Counted from the first letter of the stretch, positions 1-11,240 are shown. The stretch is DNA of 64,000 nucleotides from the human T2T-CHM13v2.0 reference genome, Homo sapiens (GCF_009914755.1 NC_060947.1), one strand, 5' to 3'. The notes: generated by a model not told the origin, from the sequence alone. A program made the numbers and translations.

Positions 1-1265
1 CTGGTGGCATTACAAGGCATTTATGAGAAATTGCAATGCATCCTTGTGAGGGGAGCTAGATTTCCCTTTCATAAACCCAACCCTCCTTTTATGGCAGGTT
101 CTAAGGCCTGACCACAAAGGCTACAGATTTGGTGTCTGTACTTCCCAGACAATACCCTCAAGCCTCTCTTTCATTTGTCTTTTCCCCTAATAGACCATTC
201 ACCACTAATTACTTACAATCATTTTCTGCTGCACAGTTTTATATGTGCTTATTATGTTCACAGCTGTCTTGCCCAGCAAGAATAGAAATCTTTTATCTCA
301 TTATCGTACCTGAGTCTCCTGATTACAATTCCCTTGCCTTCCAAACTAATTTCCTCCAAGAGGCTCTTTTGACAAGGTAGGATTTTCCTTCCCCCTCATC
401 CCTTCTTTTCTTTTCTCCACAAACCCTGTAGTGAAAGAGAGACCTTGAATAGATAAAGAACACAGAAACTTTATCATATAAGTTAAACTAGTTAAACTAT
501 GAGATGTGGTTATGGTATAAAATATGGTCAAATGTTGATTTGCCTTGTGGAGGATCCACTCTGAAAAATGAGTTTATTTATTTGGAAATATTTAGCACAT
601 TCTCTGTTCAAGTTTCTGGGTATTTGGCTGTGAACCAAACATACCAAATCCTTCCCTTTCATGAAACTGATATACTCGTAGGGGACAGAAAACAAATATG
701 GATATTTCATCAGATACTGATCTGTTTTTAGACAAATAAAACAGGATAAGTGGATAGAAAGTATCAGGACACTGCTTGAAAAATTTGGTCACAGCTTTCT
801 AAGGAGGTTCTATTTGACAGTCAGAAGCTCTTACACAACTTCAAAGATTTGGTGCCTCCCAAATCCCCAAGACCCTTGGGGAAAGGCAAAGGGCTATAAA
901 CAGACCAGGGGATCATGGGGAAAGGGAAAAGGGAGGAAATTCCCAAATGCTCAGGCAAGATTGACTCTGCATGGAAGATGGAGGAGGATATTTGTACTTT
1001 GCTGGACATCACGAAAGAGTACCTCAACTAACAGGTGAACTAGTTGAGCTAGTGAAATTTCTGTTAGCATTTCAAACTTCCAGATCTGTAGAGTCAGGTA
1101 TGTTAAACTTAGAGTTAGATTGAAGAAAAGCACTGTGGAAAATAGAAAATGACTGTCCCATTTTCTATTTCAATGACTGTTCCATTGTCCTGGAAGAAAA
1201 TGACTTCTTCCAGGTTCCAGTGGGACAGGCCTCCACTTGTTGAGTGGATGAGCAGTTTCAGATGG

Positions 1266-1718
1266 TGTACTAGTCAGGGTTCTCTAGAGGGACAGAACTA
1301 ATAGGATAGATGTATCTATAAAGAGGTGTTTATTAAGGAGTATTGACTCACATGAGCACAAGGTAAAGTCCCACAAGAGGTTGTCTGCAAGCTGAGGAGC
1401 AAGGACGTCAGTCTGAGTCCCAAAGCTGAAGAACTTGGAGTCCGATGTCCGAGGGAAGGAAGCATCCAGCAGAGGAGAAAGATGTAGGCTGGGAGGCTCA
1501 GCCAGTCTAATCTTTTTCATGTTCTTCTCCCTGCTTTTATTCTGGCTGCACTGGCAGCTGATTAGATTGTGCCCACCCAGACTTAGGGTGGATCTGCCTT
1601 TCCCAGTTCACTATCTCAAATGTTAATCTCTTTTGACAACACCCTTACAGACACACCCAGGAACAATACTTTGCATTCTTCAATCCAATCAAGTTGACAC
1701 TCAATATTAACCATCACA
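1266..1718 (-). mobile_element. ERVL solo LTR, MLT2A1-like
   Basis: Reverse complement starts TGTGATGGTTAATATTGAGTGTCAACTTGATTGGATTGAAG (MLT2A 5' end) and ends in CA; 453 bp; 5-bp TSD GATGG/GGTGG (1 mismatch). Confidence 0.9.
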
Positions 1719-2019
1719 GGTGGTGACTATCAAGCAGCCACCTCAGAAAGACGAAAAAGATAGAAGGAACATTTGGAAGAAAAGGAAAAGAGTAAACCAA
1801 ACCTTCTGATTGTTCCTGTAGGCCAGAGAAAACTGCCTCTCTGAAGATCAAGGAAATAAGGGCGGCAACCACAAACATTTGGGTTACCACAGCATTCTGT
1901 TACGTTTACTAATAAAATGTATTCTTTTCCAAGAGGTGTTTAAGTTCTTTACAGTTTACAAAGTATTTAACTGTTTAAAGCTACTTTCATATACATTATT
2001 TTGTTTGATCTTCTTCCAG

Positions 2020-2135
2020 ACAGACAAAGCAGGCATTGTTATCCAATTTGTTATACGAGGAAGTTCAGTCTAAGTGACTTGCCTGAAGTCCTCCCAGTGA
2101 GTGGAGGATTAGAACCCAGGACTTTCTGCCTCCAT
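2020..2135 (-). mobile_element. MIR fragment
   Basis: TAAGTGACTTGCCTGAAGTC...GGATTAGAACCCAGG resembles the antisense MIR core. Confidence 0.5.
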
Positions 2136-2611
2136 AACCAACTGTTTGCTAAGCTCCTATCTTAAGCCATAAGCCCAGAATTTTATGAACACCAAGATAC
2201 TTAAATCATCAAGAACTATGTTTGCATAAATGATTTCTAAGAAATTGAGTATAAATAAACATTTTTTAATATAGTCCCTTTGAATTTAAAGTTAACAGAA
2301 ACCCACAGAGAAAAAAAGACTCCATTCAAATCTCACACCCTATGCAAAATTAACTCAAAATGGATCATAGACCTAACATAAAATGCAAAACTATAAAACT
2401 TCTATTAATAGAAGACATAAGAAAAAATCTTCAGAACCTTGAGCTACATGAAAAGTTCTTAAATATGCCACCAAAGTATGATCCATAAAAGGAAAAAACA
2501 GATAAATCAGACTTCATCAAAATTAAAAACATTTTATCTGAAAAGAACCCTATTAAGTGGATGAAAATACAAGCTATAGACGGGGGAAAAAGTTTACCAA
2601 CCGCGTATCTT

Positions 2612-4086
2612 AATATATGTATAAGTGTATATATATGTGTATATATATGTATTATACATAAGTGTATATACTTATATATGTATATATAAGTGATATAATA
2701 TATTGTATATACATATATCATATATACTTATACATATTAAATTATATATAATAAAGTACATTTTATATATATACATTACATATACTAGGGTATATATATA
2801 CTTATATATATGTAAGGATCCTTATATTCTTATATATATAAGGATCTTTGCATATACACATGTATTCTCATATACTTATAAGGATCCTTACATATATACT
2901 TATATATATATATATACACACACACACATATATAAGGATCCTTATATATAAGTATACATTATATACATTACATACTTATATATACATTATATACTTATAT
3001 ATTTAATTAATATAATGAATCCTTATATACTTATATATATGTAAGGATCCTTACATGTATACTTATATATATACTTACATATATATACACACACACACAT
3101 ATATATATAAGTATACATGTAAGGATCCTTACATGTATACTTATATATTTAATGTATATAATGAATCCTTATATACTTATATATATATCCTTATATACTT
3201 ATATGTATACTTACATATCCTTATATACTTATATATGTACTTATCCATATATACTTATATATTTAATGTATATAATGAATCCTTATATACTTATATATAT
3301 GTAAGGATCCTTACCTATATACTTATATTATGTAAGGATCCTTACATGTATACTTATATAGATACTTACATATCTATAAGTATATAGGTAAGGATCCCTA
3401 CATATATGTAAGTATATAGGTAAGGATCCTTACCTATATACTTACATATTTGATGTATATAATGAATCCTTACATACTTATATATATATCCTTATATACT
3501 TATATATATACTTATATATCCTTATATCCTTATATACTTATATATATACTTATATATCCTTATATCCTTATATATCCTTATATATATGTACTTATACATA
3601 TATACTTATAAATTTAATGTATATAATGAATCCTTATATACTTATATGTATGTAAGGATCCTTATATATATACTTATATATTTAATGTATATAATGAATC
3701 CTTATATACTTATATATATGTAAGGATCCTTACATATATACTTATATATATGTAAGTATATATATAAGTATACATATATAAGGATCCTTACATGTATACT
3801 TATATATATGTAAGTATATATATAAGTATACATGTAAGGATCCTTACATATATATAAGTATATAAGGATTCATTATATACATTAAATATATAAGTATATA
3901 TGTAAGGATCCTTACATATATATAAATATATAAGGATTCATTATATACTTTATATACATTATGTATATACTTACATATATATATAAGTATATATGTAAGT
4001 AAGTATATATAAGGATCCTTACATATATATAAGTATATAAGGATATAAGTATCCTGGTATAAATGTATAAGTATCTTAGTATATAT
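2612..4086. repeat. Complex AT-rich minisatellite built from palindromic units (GTAAGGATCCTTAC, TATACTTATATA, TAATGAATCCTTA)
   Basis: Directly visible; 15 GGATCC cores by manual count; unit polarity flips near 3784. Confidence 0.95.
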
Positions 4087-4918
4087 AAAGAACTCTGAAA
4101 ACTCAACAGAAAATGAATTCCGTGTAGAAAATGGCTAAAGGCTGGAACAGACATTTCACTGAAGGGGATATACAGATGGCAAATATGCACATGAAGAGAT
4201 ATTCAAAATTGTTAGGGAAATTAAATCAAAACCAAAATGAGATATTACTGTACACCTTTAGAATGCCTAAATTTTTTTAAAAAGTGACAACACCAAATGC
4301 TGGCCGTATTGTGAGGAAACTAGATCACTTATACATGGCTGGTGGATATAAAACAGTACAGCCACTCTGGAAATGAGTTTAGCAGTCCTCTTACACAACT
4401 AAAGATGTGCTTACGGTATGACCTAGTAATTACAGTCTTGGTCACTTACCCTGAGAAATGAAATCTCCTGCTTACATAAAAATAAGTACAAAAAAGTGTT
4501 TAGCAGATTTATTTGTAACGGACAGAAACTGGAAACGAAGCCCAGATGTCCCTTAGCAAGTGAATGGTTAAAACAAAATGTGGTACATCCATACCACGGA
4601 ATACTGCTGAGCCATAAAAGTAGAACAAATTATTGACACACTTACCAATGTGGATGGGCCTCATATATATGCTGAGTGCAAATAGCCAATTTCAAAGGGG
4701 TAAATAATACATAATTCTATTTACACACTATTCTTTAAATGACAAAAGTATAGAGATGGAAAGATATCAGTGGTTTCCAAGAGTTAGTGATGTGGGAGAG
4801 TAGTGTGGACGTGAAAATAAATAGTAAACTAAACAAGGGAAATCTTTGTGTTAATGGAACAGTTCTGTATCTTGATTGCAGCGATTATATGAATCTATAC
4901 ATAAAACTGCATAAAACT

Positions 4919-4950
<32 letters not shown>

Positions 4951-4952
4951 AC
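4919..4952. repeat. (CA)n microsatellite
   Basis: Directly visible within the L1 3' UTR. Confidence 0.95.
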
Positions 4953-4977
4953 GAATGCATATAAAACTGACGAAATG

Positions 4978-5012
4978 TGCAGACAAATGTTCTGCCCCTG
5001 AGCTATACCCCC
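4978..5012 (-). pseudogene. Tail-less retrocopy of the 5' half of tRNA-Cys(GCA)
   Basis: Minus strand reads GGGGGTATAGCTCAGGGGCAGAACATTTGTCTGCA, 32/35 identical to the recalled tRNA-Cys-GCA 5' half GGGGGTATAGCTCAGGGGTAGAGCATTTGACTGCA. Flanked by AACTGACGAAA (4965-4975) and AACTGGTGAAA (5015-5025). Confidence 0.85.
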
Positions 5013-5280
5013 ATAACTGGTGAAACCCAAATAAGCTATTTGGACTATACCAATGTCATTGTCTTGGTTTTGATATTGTACTATAGTTATATAAGATGTT
5101 AACATTGACAGAGGCTGCATGAAAGGTAATGGGGCTTCGATGTACTATTTTTGCAATTTCCTGAAAATCTAAAACCATTTCAAAATTAAACTTTAAAAAA
5201 TAAGTTAATGAGATCTTTGCATAGTACTGAACAGAATTATTTTCACAAGAAAACATTCTAGAGAACAAAAACAGTATACC

Positions 5281-6035
5281 ACAGCATGGCGTGGTAGAAA
5301 AAAAATGACTAGACCAAGAATTAGAATACCTTGAACCACTATTTAACCTCTGTGATTTCCACAGTTTTGTCTTTGTAGTTCAGCTTCTTTCCTTCTTCCA
5401 ATTAGAAACTCTGCTCCCCTGACCTATCTGGGAGCAGAGATAGGTGTCTATCTGACCTTGGCCAGGCCAATCACAATGCTACGTCTCCTTTAGATGCAGG
5501 TTTTGATCCAAGATATGGCGCATAATCCAAACCAGGCCACTCAGAATCTGCTATCCTGAGTTGGTATTAAACGGGACAGGGAGAGGCTTTCTCTTCTCCC
5601 CTGAATTTCAAAAAAGCAAGAACGTGACCACTGTGACTTCCAGCGACCATGTCCCCAGCTGAGTGAAGAAATCTGAAAGACATAAGTCAACATGCAGATA
5701 GATCTTGCAATAGGACCTGGGGACAGAACAAGCAAAGCATCAAGGAGTAAAATAGTCCAATTGCCATGGAAGGCCCTGGATCCACTAGATCCTGAGGCAT
5801 ACAGCTCTGCCCATCCTTCCCAGATACCTAGGCCAATACATTTAATTACAGCAGATGTAAGTGTATGTTAGATATGCAACTAAAAGTTTTCTGAACCGTG
5901 TGATCTCTTAGAGTCTCAATTTTGTCATCTATAAAGTGGGAATATTTGACATACTTGCCTCAAAATTTTGCAGTTATCAAAGGAGACAGCACACGTGAAT
6001 GTTCTTTACAGCAGTATACAAATGTAAGTGATTAG
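5281..6035 (+). mobile_element. MIR split by an LTR (pieces ~5281-5355 and ~5897-6035)
   Basis: ACAGCATGGCGTGGTAGAAA head; CTCAATTTTGTCATCTATAAAGTGGG core and TATACAAATGTAAG tail. Confidence 0.55.
5365..5896 (+). mobile_element. Old MaLR LTR (MLT1J/K/L-like)
   Basis: Repeated CCAGGCCAATCA-type motifs, CCCTGGATCCA...CCTGAGGC, GCCAATA and a TGCAACTAAAAG end typical of late MLT1 LTRs. Confidence 0.55.
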
Positions 6036-6190
6036 TATCCATTATTATAAAAAAGGAAACTATCAAAAACATCCAGCTCATTTTTAATGAGTGCATTCCA
6101 GCAATTTCAAAAGCAACACTGAGAGTAAGAAACAAACACTAAATGCTACCATAAATAGAAAAGAAACAGATTATTATGATTCATGTTCAA

Positions 6191-6208
6191 TGAGTCATTA
6201 ATGACTCA
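6191..6208. promoter_or_regulatory. Perfect 18-bp palindrome of two AP-1 sites (TGAGTCA-TTAA-TGACTCA)
   Basis: Sequence TGAGTCATTAATGACTCA in non-repeat DNA; function is inferred only. Confidence 0.35.
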
Positions 6209-8329
6209 GAAAAAAAGCAAGCAGAAAGCAACATTCAAATATATACAAAAATCTTCTCTAGAGTTTAAAAATTGAATAAATCTTTAAAATGTAGAAATTT
6301 GCTGAGAAAAAGGTCCTGTGTCACAGTCCTTTAAATTGTGATATACTTCCACTTTGATCAGAAACATCTTGTTTATTGTATGTTGCCGCTTTACACATGG
6401 CACATAATGACCAAAGTCTCTAACTCTTACATGAACTAAATACCTCAGTATGTTGCCTGTTTCTTTGTTTTCATCTTAAATGGGTCAAATTTCAATTGAG
6501 TTCAAGATGGCTTCATTTTCCTAAATTACAAAAATCCCGACCAGATTCCTTATTGATATTAATTAAATGTGATTTAAAGCTAGACATCTACTTGTAATCA
6601 GTAAGTCCACAAGACAGTTCAAACTGGGAGGGCTTTGCCCAGCATTGGCAGCCTAAAACCCTGTGAAAGATGCAGTAGGTGGGTAAATCTACCCTCAGCA
6701 CTCAAGAGTCAAACTGGACCCCAGGAGCTAAATGCAGCATAGATAAGTAGGTGGTTACTCGTCTAAATATGCAAGGCAACATTTGTACTGGATGAGAGTG
6801 AGAAATCAAGGACACCAAAGCCCAGAAAGGAAAACAAAGAAAGAAATGGGTATCAGCCACCCTGTGAGCCTGTGAAGTGTCTAGCATCATATAATCTTTA
6901 TCACCCACAGTAAGATAAGTAGTAGTTGAAAGTGTGAGTGGAAAAGGAACCAATGAAAGGGTGGTTTCTTCACAATGATAACTCTTGGTAGATTTACTCT
7001 TAGCAAGTGGTTTATTTATTTTCCAGCAATTGTCACTCGTAACAAGTCAATTCTTAGTTCTCAAGCTATACTTTCAACACTTCCTGGAATGGAAAGGAAT
7101 GGCCATACATTTCCTTTACTATCAAGCCTTCACGCTCAGCCAAAGCAAATCCCATCTTGCATTGGAGGGCCTCAGTAATGGCAATAATGCTGACCACCAT
7201 TTATTGCATTCTCATTCTCTCTCAAGGCAGAATAGAATGGTGGTTAAACACACAGACTTACACTGAAGAGTAATCTACCTTGATTCTAATCCCAAGTCTA
7301 CCATATACTCATTCTGAAACCCATCAATATGCCACTTCCCTCTGTGCCCATCTACTTGCTGTGGTGTGCCAGAGACTACCTGCTCTGCCTTCCAATTCAG
7401 AATTGCTATCACATAGGTGGTTCTGTGGGTTTCTGTTCTCTAAGACAAGACAGAGAACAGAGCAGGCTCTTCCCTGTTACATAGCTGCTTTTTATCCCTG
7501 AAAGTAAATCCACATATCTTTTGTTTTTGAGAGGTATACTTTTACTGTACCCTCTGGAATGACAAAAAGCATCAGAGTTCACAAGAACCATCACAAAAGG
7601 GACTCACAATTAAGAGACAGTAGAAACACTCTTCTGACATGAGACATCTGAGAGAAATATGGTTACAGAACAAAATTAAAATGATGCAAACTTTGACAAT
7701 GTAAACATAATGTCATTGGGGCTATTTTAGAGGCTGCCTACCAGAAACAGAATTTAAATAATAAGAATTCCAATTATTTGTTGCCTTGTTGTTTTTTTAA
7801 TAACATTTTTCTTATCCTACAATAGATGTTGCAGGACCTAATATTTAATTTGGAGAAGCAATGTTTGAAGTTTAAAGATTACTTCATTTATACTGTTTCT
7901 TTTTTGCTTCTATTAAATTAAGTAGAACTGAATTTAATGCCTATTATGAAAAATAGCCATTAGGGGATGATAGCAATTTGTAAAATTATCTCTCTATCTA
8001 GCTATATAAATGCCTAAGATCAATATATGTCATTATAGTTATTAATGTCAAAATGAACTAGATAATTGTTTTTGTCAGTAATGAAAGGCCAAGGACACCC
8101 GCAGAAAATGCACAAGAAAGGAAAATCTTCACTAAAGAGACATTTCGACCCCCAAATTTTTAGTCACTAATGCTTCAGAACAGACCCCTTAGCCACTGCC
8201 CTTATTTTACAGATTAAGATCATGATATAAAGTAAAACTCATTTCCTTCATTGGCTAAAATAAAGAGGAATTAATTGGTGCTTCCAATAAAACCATCAAA
8301 TCAAGGATCGAGGATTTTATATTTAGATT

Positions 8330-8974
8330 CTTTTTTAAAATTTTGGATTCAGTGGATACATGTATAGCTTTGTTACATGGGTATATTACATAATGCTGAG
8401 GTTTGGGGTGCAGATGGTCCCATCACCCAGGTAGTGATCATAGTACCCAATAGGTAGTTTTCAGCCCATGTTCTCCTCCCTCCCTCCCCCCTCTAGTAGT
8501 CCCCAGTATCTACTGTTCCTATCTTCATGTCTATGTGTATTCAGTATTTATCTCCCCATTGTAATTGAGAATATGAGGTATTTGGTTTTATGTTTCTGCA
8601 TTAATTTGCCTAGGTTAATGGTCTCCAGCTATATCCATGTTGCCACAAAGAACATGATGTCATTCTTTTTAAAGGTTGCATATTATCCCATGTACCACAT
8701 TTTCTTGATCCAGTCTACCATTGATGGGCACTTGGGTTGATTCTATGTCTTTGCTATTATGAATATTGCTGCAGTGAGCATACAAGTGCATGTGTCTTTA
8801 TGATGGAATAATTTATTTTCCTTTGGATATATAGCCAGTAATGAGATTGCTGGGTCAAATGGTAGTTCTGTTTTAAGTTCTTTGAGAAATCTCCAAACTG
8901 CTTTCCACAGTGGCTGAAGTAATTTGCATTCCAACGAACAGTGTATACATGTTCTCTCTTCTCTGCAGCACCTG

Positions 8975-9025
<51 letters not shown>

Positions 9026-9548
9026 TTTTTGAGACAGAGTCTCACCCTGTCACCCAGACTGGAGTGCAGTGGCGCAATCTTGGCTTACTGCAACCTCTGC
9101 CTCCTGGGTTCAAGCAGTTCTTCCTGCCTCAGCCTCCCGAGTAGCTGGGATTACAGGTGCCCACCACCATGCCCAGCTAATTTTTGTATTCTTAGTAGAG
9201 ACAGGGTTCTACCATGTTGGCCAGGCTGGTCTCAAACTCCTGACCTCAGGTGATCTGCCCAACTTGGCCTCCCAAAGTGCTAGGATTACAGGCGTGAGCC
9301 ACCATGCCCGGCCAGCATCTGTTATTTTTTGGCCTTTCTAATAATCATCATTCTGACTAGTGTGATATGACACATCACTTTGTTTTTGATTGGCATTTCT
9401 CTGATGATTACTGATGTTAAGCATTTTTTCATGCTTGTCGGCCACTTGTATGTCTTCTTTTGATAAGTGTCCATTCATGTCCTTTGCCCATTTTTAAATT
9501 GGATTATTTGGTTTTTGCTTGTTAATTTAAGTTCCTTGTAGATTTGGG
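8330..9548 (-). mobile_element. L1PA15/16-like 3' end (5'-truncated), interrupted by an Alu
   Basis: GTTACATGGGTATATTACATAATGCTGAGGTTTGGGG...CCCAGGTAGTGATCATAGTACCCAATAGG 3' UTR; ORF 8743-8934 translates as the ORF2 C-terminus ([26 protein letters not shown]). Confidence 0.9.
8981..9313 (-). mobile_element. AluSx/Sz-like, full length, with (TAAA)n tail
   Basis: Both monomers present; TSD AGCA(C/T)CTGTTATTT at 8967-8980 and 9314-9327. Confidence 0.95.
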
Positions 9549-9564
9549 ATTCAGCATTTTAGAG

Positions 9565-9668
9565 AGGAAAAAGCACTAGACTATGAATGGGAGATACCTG
9601 AGTGCTAGTTCTAGTCCTACCACTAAATTGCTATGTGATCTTGACAAAGTCTAGTTCCCCCTGTAAAG
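9565..9668 (+). mobile_element. MIR fragment
   Basis: GAAAAAGCACTAGACT...TTCTAGTCCTACCACTAAATTGCTATGTGATCTTG. Confidence 0.55.
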
Positions 9669-10555
9669 AATGGCTCAAGATGATCTAGGAAAAGAAAACG
9701 GCACTACAATCAAGAGATTTTGAAAATCCTGAATACTGTATTCCTCTTTTGGGGTTTCCCAATGAACATTATTGTATTAAGGATTCAAGTACTCCTGAAG
9801 TAAAGAAGTATGTTTAAAAGTATTTAATCTAAAGGTTCTCAGTTTATAAAGCATTTTATGTCATATAACCTTTCTTTAATATCACTATAACCCTATGAAG
9901 AAAGAACTGTGACTTTACAGATGAGAAAATTTTTACTTAATAGTAACCTAAGATCACATTAAGAAGATCAGAGTCAGATTGTGTTTTCATTTTAGAAAAA
10001 TGTATAATTTACATTTGAGTTCTAATTCTACCAGCGTAAACATACAGTAACCACGCTTCAAAATATGTAACTGGAGAATAGAACGTTGCTGTTTACTAAT
10101 ATCAAAATGACCACACTCTGCAAAACAGGGCAGTAAATGACTCCTTCACATGAAGCCAAAGTAAGAGATCAAATTGCACTTTGAGCAAATGCTTTATTTT
10201 TCATTCTTCCAATAAATCCTTCCACTGCTCAGTCACTTCCAGAAGCAATTATATTTTAAATCATGTAATTTTCAACTAAATGTATTATTCAAAAAGTGAT
10301 AACATTTTTCATCTGTTGCTTCATGAATTCTGTTATTTTTTTGTTGCAAATAAAGGTACAAGAATTAAAGTTTGAAACTGCCCATAGGCCTAATACGGAT
10401 AACTTATCAAATAATTACAAAATGCAAGCACAAAGGGAACCTTACTAGGCTATGAGCAAAGAAAATGTATGCAGTATTTTAATAGAGAGGAAACATTTTT
10501 GGTTTAACATCCAATTATTAAAGAAAAACAAGTAATGATAACACCACCAATACAA

Positions 10556-10750
10556 GAGTAACCATTTACTGAATATTTATGATTTTCTTAGGCACTGACC
10601 TGAGTGCTTTACATATTTCATTTTATCCTCACAACCACCTACAGTTTAGGCACTATTAGTAGTCTTACGTAACAATGAAAAAAAAAACAGCTAATGTTCA
10701 GAGTAACAAAGTGTCACACAGCAAGCAAGTGGTGTAGTCAGAACAGGACC
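10556..10750 (-). mobile_element. MIR
   Basis: CCATTTACTGA...AGGCACTG...TCCTCACAACCACC...GTCACACAGCAAGCAAGTGG. Confidence 0.65.
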
Positions 10751-10989
10751 AAACATTCTTCTCTTAATTTCTACAATATATGCTATTCATAATCTGCTTT
10801 TCTATGTGTACCTTATTTAAAACATAAATCTAATGTATAAAAAAGAAAAGAGATATAACATGAGGCAATTTAATAGCACCTTAGTGAAAAAACTAGCTGA
10901 AAATCCAAAATGGCCTGTGACTTTGCGTTTGCATGAACAACACCTCAGTACACAGTGATGCATTCTGATATTAGGTTAATTCATACCAT

Positions 10990-11240
10990 CTTAAACTGAA
11001 ACCTCAAAGGATCCTTGGTAGTCACCTAGTCTTATCTCCCATCAGATATTTTCAATAGCCTTCTTTTTTTTTTTTTCCAATAGCCTTCTTAATGCCATAT
11101 AGCCTTAACTTGCCTGCCCCTTCCTGACATGAAATTAATTTGCTCACAAGACAGAACATTTTACTTTTGAACATCTTGAGATGTATTACACTGTAAATCA
11201 TTATTTGAGGCCAAATTGTTCTGCTTTTAAATTGTACTCA
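10990..11240 (-). mobile_element. CR1/L3 fragment (continues at ~21776-22220 beyond the L1 nest)
   Basis: AAAGGATCCTTGGTAGTCACCTAGTC resembles the antisense L3 3' end; collinear L3-like sequence resumes after the L1 TSD. Confidence 0.45.
11053..11090 (-). mobile_element. Poly(A)-only retrotransposition insertion with 13-bp TSD
   Basis: CAATAGCCTTCTT-(T11)C-CAATAGCCTTCTT followed by AA, giving an L1 endonuclease-like TCTT/AA site. Confidence 0.7.

Larger units (their letters stand above)
2325..5200 (+). mobile_element. Old L1 3' portion (L1MC/L1MD-type), split by an AT-rich minisatellite, a (CA)n and a tRNA fragment
   Basis: ORF2 3' motifs (AATTAACTCAAAATGGATCATAGACCTAA; ATATATAAAGAACTCT; TGTGGTACATCCATACCACGGAATACT) and an L1MC/MD-type 3' UTR ending TGTACTATTTTTGCAATTTCCTG...AAAA. 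Confidence 0.85.

Noticed and set aside
2800-4030. CRISPR-like appearance: a recurring palindromic repeat with variable spacers
   Set aside because: Spacers are low-complexity TA-rich derivatives of each other and of irregular length, there are no cas genes, and the context is primate DNA; it is a minisatellite.
2431-4190. Tyr/Ile-rich ORFs of 82-110 aa
   Set aside because: Translations of TA-rich tandem repeat.
6694-6763. Additional minus-strand exon candidate (gcatatttag|ACG ... AGG|gtagat)
   Set aside because: Weak donor and stops in all frames; indistinguishable from a pseudo-exon.
8924-9341. Alu-derived ORFs (also 24811-25009, 27601-27986, 30150-30410, 44302-44499)
   Set aside because: Standard Alu translations, with no evidence of exonisation.
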